A DNA stretch of 64,000 bases, from NCBI GenBank assembly GCA_005881275.1, contig VBEF01000025.1, positions 43,716 to 107,715 of the forward strand, given 5' to 3'. This stretch comes from Chloroflexota bacterium. Its GTDB lineage: Bacteria > Chloroflexota > Dormibacteria > Dormibacterales > Dormibacteraceae. The notes beneath the pieces are model-generated. The model saw only the letters and a program-made list of their open reading frames with translations. It was not told where the DNA came from and did no database searches. Below, piece by piece: positions 15,904-24,540 of the stretch. The position numbers and the translations under genes were made by a program. Within the stretch, counting starts at the first letter, position 1. Every line of letters starts with the position of its first letter.

Positions 15904-16295
15904 TGAGCTTGCAGGTCGGCCAGGAGATTCCCGAGCTGGTCAAGCATCCGACGACGCGCCAGCTCGTGCAGTACGCCGGCGCGCAAGGCGACTTCTACGA
16001 GATCCATTACGACCAGGCGTACGCGAAAAGCGTTGGGCTGCCGGGGGTGATCCTCCATGGCCTGCTGAAGGCAGCGTTTCTTGGCCAGCTCATCAGCGAC
16101 TGGCTGGAGGAGCGCGGCAGGCTCAAGACGTTCGAGGTCAGCTACCGCGGGATCGACATGCCGGGTCAGCCATATCGGTGCCGGGGACGGGTCACGAAGG
16201 TCGAAGGCGACGAGGTCGAGATCGAGGTCTGGGGCGAGGACGAGGACGGCAAGCGGACCACGCTGGGCTCGGCTACGGTGCAGATGGGTGCCTGA
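15900..16295 (+). CDS. MaoC-like (R)-specific enoyl-CoA hydratase/dehydratase, HadB-like catalytic subunit
   Basis: YAGAQGDFYEIHYDQAYAKSVGLPGVILHG is the hydratase-2 motif region. Confidence 0.85.
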   Translation: MMSLQVGQEIPELVKHPTTRQLVQYAGAQGDFYEIHYDQAYAKSVGLPGVILHGLLKAAFLGQLISDWLEERGRLKTFEVSYRGIDMPGQPYRCRGRVTKVEGDEVEIEVWGEDEDGKRTTLGSATVQMGA

Positions 16296-16753
16296 TGTTC
16301 TCCCTGTACCTCGTGCTGAAGTTCATCCACATCCTCGCGGCGGTCACGGCGGTTGGTTCGAACCTCACCTACGGCGTGTGGAACGCTCGCTCGCAGTCTG
16401 ATCCGGCGCATCTCGGTTTCGCGCTCAAAGGCATCAAGTTCATCGACGACCGAATCGCCAATCCCGCTTATGGCGTGCTGCTGCTGACCGGCCTGTTGAT
16501 GGTTTTCCTCGGACACTGGTCCATCACGTCTCTGTGGATCATCCTGGCCCTGCTGCTGTTCGCAGGGGTCGTCGTGGTGGCGGTCGCCTTCTACTCGCCG
16601 CTGCTTGCGAAGTTGATTCAGTTGGTCGACGCCGGAGAGACAAGCTCCTCAGACTTTGCGCGGCTCGCTCGCCGGAACCAGATGCTGGGCCCGGCCATCG
16701 GCCTGCTCGTGGTCTTGATCCTGATCATGATGGTCTTCAAGCCGGCTCTGTAA
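16295..16753 (+). CDS. DUF2269-like integral membrane protein
   Basis: Four predicted TM helices. N-terminus is MFSLYLVLKFIHILAAVTAVGSN. The ATG overlaps the upstream TGA. Confidence 0.7.
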   Translation: MFSLYLVLKFIHILAAVTAVGSNLTYGVWNARSQSDPAHLGFALKGIKFIDDRIANPAYGVLLLTGLLMVFLGHWSITSLWIILALLLFAGVVVVAVAFYSPLLAKLIQLVDAGETSSSDFARLARRNQMLGPAIGLLVVLILIMMVFKPAL

Positions 16754-17357
16754 ATCCAGAGCAGAAGCAGCACGGACGCGTCGATCACGCAGTAGCCGCC
16801 GGCGATCACTGATGGCGGGTTGCCGGACGGGATGTGGGTCCAGGGCGCAACCGGCATCCAGTACCAGTTGCCGAAAGAAGTGCCGCATATCTCGAGCTCG
16901 CTGACGATGATGAAAATCGCCGCGAACAGCGGCCACCGCGGCGAGCGCAGGAGGAAGTACGCGAACACGGGGAGGCAGAGCGCTCCCTGCACATCGACAC
17001 GCCCGGTGACGGCGGGCAGCACGGTGACGCCCGCGAGGGCCCACCCTCCGGCTGCCGCCAGGACGAAGTACGCGACGCGTCGACCGTGACGCATGACCAC
17101 GGGCGTTTGCGCCGCGAGCAGCCCAAACAGGTAAACGATGCCGTGTCCTGGCGGGACGAACAGTGGAAGGTTGCCAAGCCGGTAGCGGTAGACGCCCCAG
17201 ACCAGGGACCCGACTATCTCGAAGCAGGTGGCCACGGCGACGCAGGTCCAGACCTGAGCGCGCTGCTCGCGCGGCGCCTTGAGGGCGGCGAGATAGAGAA
17301 CCGAAAAGGTCATGGCGCCGAGCAGGTACTGCTGCCACGGCTCCGTGATGCGGCTGT
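16618..17357 (-). CDS. Polytopic membrane protein of unknown function
   Basis: Multiple hydrophobic helices (FEIVGSLVWGVY, LFVPPGHGIVYLFGLL, IFIIVSELEICGTSFGNWYW). Start is TTG 17357 or ATG 17303. The 3' end overlaps the convergent DUF2269 gene. Confidence 0.5.
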
Positions 17358-17435
17358 CGGCGAACAACCCGATCGGGGTGTACGTAAGGAGGTAGGCCTG
17401 AAGCCAATACGGCCGCAGGCCTACCAGCGCGCGTG

Positions 17436-18668
17436 CTACTTGATCGTGCCCCGCTCGTCGATCAGGCTGCCCTGGAGCGTCCATCCGGTGCCGTTCCAGG
17501 TTATGACCTGCTCCTGCATGATCGGGAAGTGGTCGGACGAAGTGGTCTTGACCTTGACGCCGGGAAGGAGGAATGGGTTCGTCTCGTTCAGGCGGTTGGC
17601 CGCGATGTCGATGACGTTCTTCCGCGTCATGTTCTGGCCGGCCTGCTTCAGCACGTCGACCATCGTGTATGCGACCGCGACGCCGTAGATGTTGAAGCCG
17701 TCGTTGGGCTTGCAGGTTGTGCAGCTCGCGATGACCGTCTTGTAGAGCTTCATGCCTTCGTCGCTGTCCCACTGCGGGTCGGTAGGGTCCTTGAGGTAAG
17801 CGACGCTGGTCACGTTCTTCAACGCCGCGCCGGCGGTCTTGGCCAGCCCCATGTAGACCTGCGGGTTGGAAACCGAGTTGAGGTAGATCGTCGGCTCCCA
17901 GTGCAGCAGAGTGACCGTGACGAGCGACTTGATCGTGAATCCGGGCGTGGCGAAGATGAACAGCGTGTCGGCGCCAGAGGCCTTCAGCTTCGTGAGCTGC
18001 GCCGCGGTGTTGGCCGCTGTGACGTCGTAGCTCTCCTTGGCCACGATCATCGACGCCTTCGAGCCAAGACCGTCTTCCAGGCCCTTCAAATAGTCCTGGC
18101 CGTAGTCGTCATTCTGGTAGAGCACGCCGATCTTCGCGGCGGAGTGGCTCTTCAGCACGTCGGCGGCATAGATCCGAGACTCGCCCTGGTATGGCGGCTG
18201 CCAGCCGAGCGTCCACCCGTTGGTGCTGAAATCCTTGTTGAAGGTCGTGGCGCCCGTGGCGACGAACATCTGGGGCACCTTCTTGCTGTTCAGGTAATCG
18301 CGCACAGAAACCTGGGCCTGCGTGCCCAGGCCGCTGAACATGGCAAAGACCTGGTCCTGCTCGACGAGCTGCTTGGTCAGCGGCACGGTCTGTGCCGGGT
18401 TGTAGGCGTCGTCCAGGATCTTGAAGTTGATCTTGCGGCCGTTGACGCCGCCCTGGCCGTTGATGTACGTGAAGTAGGCAAGCTCCGCGTTCCCGATCGT
18501 GCCGTACGCGGCGGCCGCGCCCGACTGCGCGATCGTGTTGCCCAACAGGATCGAGTCGCTTGTGATGCCGATATCGGTCTGCGGAGCGCTGTTCGCGGAG
18601 CCTCCGCAGGCGGCCAGGGTGACGAGGAAGACCGCTACCGCGGCTAGCCGAGGCGCCTTTTGTTCCAT
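17436..18668 (-). CDS. livJ: ABC transporter substrate-binding lipoprotein, branched-chain amino acid (LivJ/K) type
   Basis: Lipobox LVTLAACGG. Type I periplasmic binding-protein fold (ILLGNT..SGAAAAYG..YINGQGGVNGRKI). Confidence 0.9.
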   Translation of the reverse strand: MEQKAPRLAAVAVFLVTLAACGGSANSAPQTDIGITSDSILLGNTIAQSGAAAAYGTIGNAELAYFTYINGQGGVNGRKINFKILDDAYNPAQTVPLTKQLVEQDQVFAMFSGLGTQAQVSVRDYLNSKKVPQMFVATGATTFNKDFSTNGWTLGWQPPYQGESRIYAADVLKSHSAAKIGVLYQNDDYGQDYLKGLEDGLGSKASMIVAKESYDVTAANTAAQLTKLKASGADTLFIFATPGFTIKSLVTVTLLHWEPTIYLNSVSNPQVYMGLAKTAGAALKNVTSVAYLKDPTDPQWDSDEGMKLYKTVIASCTTCKPNDGFNIYGVAVAYTMVDVLKQAGQNMTRKNVIDIAANRLNETNPFLLPGVKVKTTSSDHFPIMQEQVITWNGTGWTLQGSLIDERGTIK

Positions 18669-18699
18669 TGAAAACCCTCCCGCTTTAATGAACAGCTAT

Positions 18700-19788
18700 T
18701 TAAACAGTCTGGGGGTCCGGCGGCATCTGTCCAGTCTCCCGATCGCCTGCCCCGCGGAGCCGCCGGTTCAGCGCGGAGTAACCCGAGTTGACGAGGCCGA
18801 CGATGCCGTTGGGCGCGAACATCATGATCAGGATCAGGACCGCGCCGTAGGAGACGGCCGGGCCCGCGTTCTTCACGGTCGATCTGATCTGGTCTGGGAT
18901 CCAATCCTGGCTGGGCACCCACTGGTTCGACTCGATCGGCAGGAAGTAGGCAAAGATGGCGCCCAGCAGCGGTCCCGGAATCGATGCCAGGCCCCCCACA
19001 ACGGCACCGACAAGCAGCTGGATAGAGAGCGAAACAGGGAAGGTATCCGGGCTGATGAAGCCCGTGGCGAGGCCGAAGAGCGATCCGGCCGTGCCGGCGT
19101 AAAAGGCCGAAATGGCGAAAGCCAGCGTCTTGTAGCCGGCGATGTTGACGCCTGACGCGGCGGCCGCCACCTCGCCGTCGCGGATCGCCCGCATGGCGCG
19201 TCCCGGTCGGTGGCGGACGAGGTTCCACGCCAGCCAGAAGAGCAGGAGCGCGCAGAAGAGAGAGAGGTAGTAGATCCACTGGTCGCTGGTCATCCTCGTA
19301 CCGGTGATGAAGGCGAACACGTCTTGCGCAAATTGCGGCGGATCGGGTTGCAGGACAAGAATTCCCTGCACGCCCCCGGTCAGCGCCGCCGGACGTTTGA
19401 TGATGCTCGGGGTGACCACCGCCAGCGCGAAGGTGGCCAGGGCGAGGTAGAGGGCGGACAGCCGCAGGGACGGAATGCCGAAAAGGAACCCGACCAGCCC
19501 GGTCAGGAGAGCCGCAATCGGGATCGTGATCAGGTAATCGAGCTTGTAGTGATGGGCGAGGATGGCCGACGTGTACGCGCCCAAGGCCATGAACGCGCCG
19601 TGGCCCAGCGAAAGCTGCCCGTTGTAGCCGACCAGGATGTTGAGTCCCATGATGGCAATCGCCAGCACGAGCGCCTGCGTCCACAGGCTCGTCTGGAAGC
19701 TGCTGATCACCGTTGGGAAGCCCAGGAAGAAAAGGAAGGCGACGCCGACCAGCCAGTAGCGCGGCGGGGCGGTGCGGAGGCGGGCCAT
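18700..19788 (-). CDS. livM: Branched-chain amino acid ABC transporter permease
   Basis: GQLSLGHGAFMALGAY motif. Polytopic membrane protein. Confidence 0.92.
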   Translation of the reverse strand: MARLRTAPPRYWLVGVAFLFFLGFPTVISSFQTSLWTQALVLAIAIMGLNILVGYNGQLSLGHGAFMALGAYTSAILAHHYKLDYLITIPIAALLTGLVGFLFGIPSLRLSALYLALATFALAVVTPSIIKRPAALTGGVQGILVLQPDPPQFAQDVFAFITGTRMTSDQWIYYLSLFCALLLFWLAWNLVRHRPGRAMRAIRDGEVAAAASGVNIAGYKTLAFAISAFYAGTAGSLFGLATGFISPDTFPVSLSIQLLVGAVVGGLASIPGPLLGAIFAYFLPIESNQWVPSQDWIPDQIRSTVKNAGPAVSYGAVLILIMMFAPNGIVGLVNSGYSALNRRLRGAGDRETGQMPPDPQTV

Positions 19789-20670
19789 TTATACCCGGCG
19801 CACGCGAGCGCGGCCGAAAAGACCGTTGGGCTTGATCACGAGCACGGCCACGATGATCGCCAGGCCGACCGCGAGCTGGAGGTCGCCCCCGACGAACGGC
19901 AGATAGGCACCTGCGAGGTTGACCGTCACGCCAACGATCACACCGCCGACGACCGCGCCCAGCGGGCTCTCGATGCCGCCAAGGACCGCGGCGGCGAAGG
20001 CGTAGATGATGATCGACTGCATCATGTTCGGCTCGAGCAGCAGGATCGGTGCGACCATCAGCCCAGACACCGCTCCGACCGCCGATGCGAGGCCCCAACC
20101 CAGGGCCAGCATCCAGCTCACCTGGACCCCGAGCAGACGGCTTGCCTCCGGGTGATGAGCGGCGGCGCGCATCGTCAGGCCGACGGTGGTGCGCTGGAGC
20201 AGGAGGTAGACCGCCAGCAGCACGAGCCCGGAAACCACGATGACGCCGAGGTCGCGATAGCTGACGAAAACGCCCAGGATGTCGGCGCTCTGGGCGGAGA
20301 AAGGGCTGGGAAACGAGCGGGGCACGTAGCCGAAGACAAAACCAGCGAGCCCGTTGAGGAGCGTCGCGAGACCGAGCGTGATGATGACCAGGGTCAAGAT
20401 CGGCGCCCGTTCTACCGGCTTGATGACGATGCGCTGGATGACTATCCCGCCTCCAAACGCGAGGACCAGCGTCACCGGGAACACGATCCAGTAGCTCATG
20501 CCGCGACTGATCAGGGCGTAGGCGACGAAGGTCGCCAGCATCGCCATCTCCCCCTGGGCGAAGTTGACGAGGCCCATCGCGTTGTAGATGAGGACAAGCG
20601 CCAGCGCCAGGCTCGCGAAGATGCCGCCCGCGGCGATGCCGGTGACGAGCTGCTGCAGAAATTCCTGCAT
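19789..20670 (-). CDS. livH: Branched-chain amino acid ABC transporter permease
   Basis: GLVNFAQGEMAMLATF motif. Polytopic membrane protein, directly abutting livM. Confidence 0.92.
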   Translation of the reverse strand: MQEFLQQLVTGIAAGGIFASLALALVLIYNAMGLVNFAQGEMAMLATFVAYALISRGMSYWIVFPVTLVLAFGGGIVIQRIVIKPVERAPILTLVIITLGLATLLNGLAGFVFGYVPRSFPSPFSAQSADILGVFVSYRDLGVIVVSGLVLLAVYLLLQRTTVGLTMRAAAHHPEASRLLGVQVSWMLALGWGLASAVGAVSGLMVAPILLLEPNMMQSIIIYAFAAAVLGGIESPLGAVVGGVIVGVTVNLAGAYLPFVGGDLQLAVGLAIIVAVLVIKPNGLFGRARVRRV

Positions 20671-20688
20671 CAGGAGGGGGGTGACACT

Positions 20689-21402
20689 CTAGTAGCCGAG
20701 GTAGGAACGGCGGACTGACTCGTTGCCCTGCAGCTCGGCGCTTTCGCCATGCACAGCAACTCGGCCGACTTCGAGCACGTAGGCAGTGCTCGACAGATCG
20801 AGGGCGATCCGCGCGTTCTGCTCGACGAGCAGCACCGTGACGCGACTGCTCTCATTGATCGAGCGGATTATCTGGAAGATAGATCGCACCACAATTGGGG
20901 CCAGGCCAAGGGAGGGTTCATCGAGCAGCATGAGGCGAGGTTTCATGAGCAGGGCGCGTGCGAGGGCGAGCATCTGCTGCTCGCCGCCGGACAGTGTGCT
21001 TGCGGATAGCCGGCGCCGCTCCTTGAGCACCGGGAAGTATTCGAAGACACGGTCGTAGTCCTTGCGGACCTCGGGGCCATCGCGACGCAGGTGAGAGCCG
21101 AGCTTGAGGTTCTCGTCGACAGTCAGCTCAGTGCAGATGCCACGGCCCTCGGGAACGTGCGCGATGCCTCGACGCACGATCTCCTCGGTGGACATTCGCC
21201 GCAGCGAGCGACCGTTGAAGCGGATATCGCCGCTCCACCGCACGCCGCCCGTGATCGCGCGCAACGTCGTCGTCTTGCCCGCGCCGTTCGCGCCCAGGAC
21301 CGAGACGACCGCGCCTTCTTCGACGGACATCGACACACCGTGGAGGACCGATGTCGGACCGTAGCCGGCGTGGACGTTGTCGAGCTCGAGGAGGGCACTC
21401 AT
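20689..21402 (-). CDS. livF: Branched-chain amino acid ABC transporter ATP-binding protein
   Basis: Walker [10 protein letters not shown], signature LSGGEQQ, Walker B LLDEPS. Confidence 0.93.
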   Translation of the reverse strand: MSALLELDNVHAGYGPTSVLHGVSMSVEEGAVVSVLGANGAGKTTTLRAITGGVRWSGDIRFNGRSLRRMSTEEIVRRGIAHVPEGRGICTELTVDENLKLGSHLRRDGPEVRKDYDRVFEYFPVLKERRRLSASTLSGGEQQMLALARALLMKPRLMLLDEPSLGLAPIVVRSIFQIIRSINESSRVTVLLVEQNARIALDLSSTAYVLEVGRVAVHGESAELQGNESVRRSYLGY

Positions 21403-22163
21403 GCTGCGCCGAGATATGCCTCGATCACGGCCGGGTTGCGCTGCACCTCAGCCGGCGTGCCTTCCGCGATCTTCTTGCCGAAGTCGAGAACCACGACTCG
21501 GTCTGAGATGCCCATCACGAACGCCATGTGGTGCTCGACCAGCAGCATGGTCACGCCAAGATCTTTGTGCACGCGCCGCAGCAGCCCCGACATGTTGTCG
21601 ACCTCTTCATGACTGATGCCGCCGGCGGGCTCGTCAAGAAGCAGGAGTCGGGGCTTCGAGACCAGCGCTCGGGCAAGCTCGACCCGCTTCTGCGACCCGA
21701 ATGGAAGCGCCGCGATGGGGCGCAACGCGTGCGCGCCGAGTCCGACGAAATCGATCATCCCCAGCGCTCGCTTGCGCGACGCGGCTTCCGCTGTCACCGC
21801 TCCCGGGAGAGGCACGGAAGCCTGCAGCCAGCCGCTCCTGGTCTGGGTGTGATCGCCGACAAGGACGTTGTCGAGGACTGTCATCGAGCGAAAGAGGGCC
21901 ACGTTCTGAAATGTTCGCGCGAGACCGCGGCGGATCACCTGGTGCGGCCGGATCGAGAGCACAGGTTGACCGTCGATGAGAACGGTGCCGTTGCTCGGCC
22001 GGTACACGCGCGTGATGACGTTGAACAGGGTCGTCTTGCCGGCGCCGTTGGGACCGATAAGTGCGACCACCTGCCCCGCCTCGACTTCGAAAGAAACGCG
22101 ATCCAGGGCCACCACCCCACCGAAGCGGACGCTCAGGTCGCGAACTTCGAGAAGTGATGACAC
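21399..22163 (-). CDS. livG: Branched-chain amino acid ABC transporter ATP-binding protein
   Basis: Walker [25 protein letters not shown], and LLLDEPAGG. 4-nt overlap with livF. Confidence 0.93.
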   Translation of the reverse strand: MSSLLEVRDLSVRFGGVVALDRVSFEVEAGQVVALIGPNGAGKTTLFNVITRVYRPSNGTVLIDGQPVLSIRPHQVIRRGLARTFQNVALFRSMTVLDNVLVGDHTQTRSGWLQASVPLPGAVTAEAASRKRALGMIDFVGLGAHALRPIAALPFGSQKRVELARALVSKPRLLLLDEPAGGISHEEVDNMSGLLRRVHKDLGVTMLLVEHHMAFVMGISDRVVVLDFGKKIAEGTPAEVQRNPAVIEAYLGAA

Positions 22164-22218
22164 TCTGCCGAAGTCTAAGTTCGGCCGGGCCCGCTGACTA
22201 CGGGGGAGTCCTTACGAA

Positions 22219-23169
22219 CTAGTCGCTTGGCTTGGGCATCTCATGTGAATCGTCCGGTGGGGTCGGCTCCGGATAACCCCAGTCGCCTTTGCCGGGCCCC
22301 CATTCCACGGGCGCCGCATACGCAGGCTCTTCGACCGCGGGCGCCGGTTCCGGCTCCGAGGGCGCCACAGCTTCTTCCGGGGTTGCGGGCGGCGCTGGCC
22401 AAACGCGCCGCATGCTGTCTTCCCAGGCCGATGCGTCCGGTTGCCGGGGCTCGCCGACCGGCGCGGTGCCGAAGCCGGCGGAATAGTCCGGGCGCGTCGC
22501 CCGGTGCACGACCGCCGCGGCGGGCATCCTTTGCGGGCGCGGCCGTCTCAAAACGCTGAACAGCCAGTAGAAAAGGGACAGCGCGATCGCAAGGCCGCCC
22601 GTTATCGGAAGGAAGACAAAAGGCGGGCTCGTGATGACATCGATACCGTTGAGAGTCTTCGCCACCGGACTTGCCGTTGGAGTAAACGCGATGGTCGGCT
22701 CCGCGGTGGGGGATGGCGACTCGATCGGTGAAGGCGAAGGCGACGGCGAGGTCTGCGGCGCATCGAGCGTGAAGATCGCGCAGGGGCTCGGGGGGACGCT
22801 GGCGCAAAGCTTATGCGCCCCCGGCCCGTCGCCCGCGAACGTCTTGACCCTTGTGTTGAAGCTCCCGCTGGCGTCTGCCGTGGCCGAGCCCGCGACCTTG
22901 CTGGCCTGGTCCCAGTAGAGGGTCGTCTGCTGGTTCGGCAGGAACTGGCCGCCGCTCACATTGATCACCGTGGTCGCCGGGCCGGCGGTCACATCAAGAG
23001 AAAGGAATGCGTTGGTGGGGATGGGTGACGGGGATGGGGAGGGAGACGGTGACGGCGACGAAATCGGAGAAGGCGACGAGGAGGAAGCTGGCGACGCGGA
23101 TGGGGATGGTGTATCTGCTGTGAGCAGCAGCCAGATGGGCACGGCGACCAGGAGCCGGAGAAAACGCAT
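22219..23169 (-). CDS. Ser/Pro-repeat cell-surface protein with a signal peptide, beta-rich domain, TM anchor and Pro-rich cytoplasmic tail
   Basis: MRFLRLLVAVPIWLLL signal, (SP)n linkers, an Ig-like segment, then the TM helix ITGGLAIALSLFYWLFSVL followed by RRPRP. The Met at 23169 is preferred over 23229. Confidence 0.6.
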   Translation of the reverse strand: MRFLRLLVAVPIWLLLTADTPSPSASPASSSSPSPISSPSPSPSPSPSPIPTNAFLSLDVTAGPATTVINVSGGQFLPNQQTTLYWDQASKVAGSATADASGSFNTRVKTFAGDGPGAHKLCASVPPSPCAIFTLDAPQTSPSPSPSPIESPSPTAEPTIAFTPTASPVAKTLNGIDVITSPPFVFLPITGGLAIALSLFYWLFSVLRRPRPQRMPAAAVVHRATRPDYSAGFGTAPVGEPRQPDASAWEDSMRRVWPAPPATPEEAVAPSEPEPAPAVEEPAYAAPVEWGPGKGDWGYPEPTPPDDSHEMPKPSD

Positions 23170-23201
23170 GAAGCCGGGGAACGATACCAGAGGCAGCTTG
23201 G

Positions 23202-23930
23202 TTACACCGGCGGCCAGGGTATCGACCATGCCGAGCTCGGCTCGGGAAACCGCCAGCGAGGGTCAAGCACTGCGCGCAGCCGCCGCTTGAGGACTCGCAT
23301 CTCCGCCTGGCTGACCAGTCCCTGCATCGTCTTGCCCAATCCGCCGCGCTCCACCTCGACCAGTGTGCGCTCGACGTCGCCGCACAGGTCGCCCGGCAGA
23401 GGCTCGCCCGAGAAGTCCCAGATCACCGTGCGCAGCTTCTGGTCGACGTGAAACGTGAGGCCGTGGTCGATGACCCATACCTTGTCTGTGGCATCGAACA
23501 GGCAGTGGCCGGATTTGCGGTCCGCGTTGTTCGCGATCACGTCGAACAGGGCGACGCGGATCCAGGTGTCGCTGCGCGAGCTGCTCTCGCCGAGGAAGTG
23601 GCGCGCGTCGGCCTCGATGAACAGCTGCATGGCGCCCACACCGTGGGGCGCCTTCTCCCGGACCACGGTCGGCGGGATGTTCGGCCAGCCGAGTACCTTG
23701 CTCAGCTCGTACGCGGCAACCTCGCGCTGATAGAGGGTGCCGGCCTCGAAGTCCCAGAGCGGTGACTCGCCACGGGCGGGCTTGTAGACGGCGCGGAGTC
23801 CTGACGGCGGGTGAGGTCCAAGGCGCGTCAGAAATGTGTAGTTCGAGGCGTCGTGCAGCAAGCCCTCGACCTTGACCTCGGGCAGCTCCTGGAGCAGGTG
23901 CTCGGCGCCTTCAGAAGATGGGGCGTGCAC
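23202..23930 (-). CDS. SCO1664-family protein (PI3/4-kinase-like fold, function unknown)
   Basis: HDASNYTFL..AVYKPARGESPLWDF..REVAAYE..DVIANNADRKSGHCL..VIDHGLTFH, recognised from memory of the TIGR03843-type family. Confidence 0.75.
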   Translation of the reverse strand: MHAPSSEGAEHLLQELPEVKVEGLLHDASNYTFLTRLGPHPPSGLRAVYKPARGESPLWDFEAGTLYQREVAAYELSKVLGWPNIPPTVVREKAPHGVGAMQLFIEADARHFLGESSSRSDTWIRVALFDVIANNADRKSGHCLFDATDKVWVIDHGLTFHVDQKLRTVIWDFSGEPLPGDLCGDVERTLVEVERGGLGKTMQGLVSQAEMRVLKRRLRAVLDPRWRFPEPSSAWSIPWPPV

Positions 23931-24432
23931 CGTTCATGACCGGGCACGGGTGGCCGGCAGGGTCCATCGGCAGACCGCACCTCGGGCAAAGCGGCCTGCC
24001 TGCGGACAACACCGACTCGGCCTGTTTGGAGAATGCGATGACCTGATCATGCCTCAGCCAGAAGCGCACGCTCGGCGAATCGTCGTCCGGCGGAGCTTCA
24101 GTCGACTCGCCCACCGCCCCCTGGCTGGCGACCAGGACGAACATCTGGCGCGCCTCGTGGTAGCCCAGGCCCATCTCCCCGATCTGCCACTCGGGTTCAC
24201 CCGACACCTGGCCGGTCGGCGATTCGTCGGCGGCGCCCTCAGGCCCTTCGATCTGCTGGGCTTCGAGCATCTGATGGAGCCGCAGGATGAGCGCCTGGAG
24301 CTGGGACTTCTCGCAGCCCAGCGTCAGGGTCCGCCCCGAGCCTGTGGCGAGGAGAAAAAATCGCCGTTGACCGGGCTCACCGACCGCCGCGACGGCAATG
24401 CGGTCGACGGGATCGAGCTCGTAAATCGCCAT
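23911..24432 (-). CDS. DUF3090-family protein with a C-terminal zinc-ribbon-like motif
   Basis: MAIYELDPVDRIAVAAVGEPGQRRFFLLA..CPRCGLPMDPAGHPC. The Met at 24432 matches the family N-terminus. The 24540 start in the ORF track abuts the dnaK start. Confidence 0.75.
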   Translation of the reverse strand: MAIYELDPVDRIAVAAVGEPGQRRFFLLATGSGRTLTLGCEKSQLQALILRLHQMLEAQQIEGPEGAADESPTGQVSGEPEWQIGEMGLGYHEARQMFVLVASQGAVGESTEAPPDDDSPSVRFWLRHDQVIAFSKQAESVLSAGRPLCPRCGLPMDPAGHPCPVMNGARPIF

Positions 24433-24488
24433 CCATCTAAAAGCGTAGGCGCTGGGTGGTTTTGCGGCCCCGGAACCGGGGAAGAAGA

Positions 24489-24509
24489 GATTCATATTCA
24501 CTTTGAATC
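24489..24509. promoter_or_regulatory. Inverted repeat GATTCA-N9-TGAATC in the AT-rich dnaK upstream region; candidate operator
   Basis: Perfect 6-bp arms with a 9-nt spacer, 32 nt upstream of the dnaK ATG and just 5' of the SD GGAGGA. Confidence 0.3.
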
Positions 24510-24540
24510 CAATCCATCCCATCTGGAGGACAGCTGACAC

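Noticed and set aside
22175-22195. Hairpin GCCGAA-N7-TTCGGC between the surface-protein gene and livG.
   Set aside because: The stem is only 6 bp and has no U-tract in either orientation. It is too weak to call a terminator or operator.
22720-23110. GC-rich short tandem repeats (GGCGA/GGGGA-type units) that at first looked like a non-coding repeat array.
   Set aside because: They are the coding strand complement of (Ser-Pro)n linkers in the surface protein. This is low-complexity coding sequence, with no spacer/repeat architecture, so it is not a CRISPR array or a satellite.
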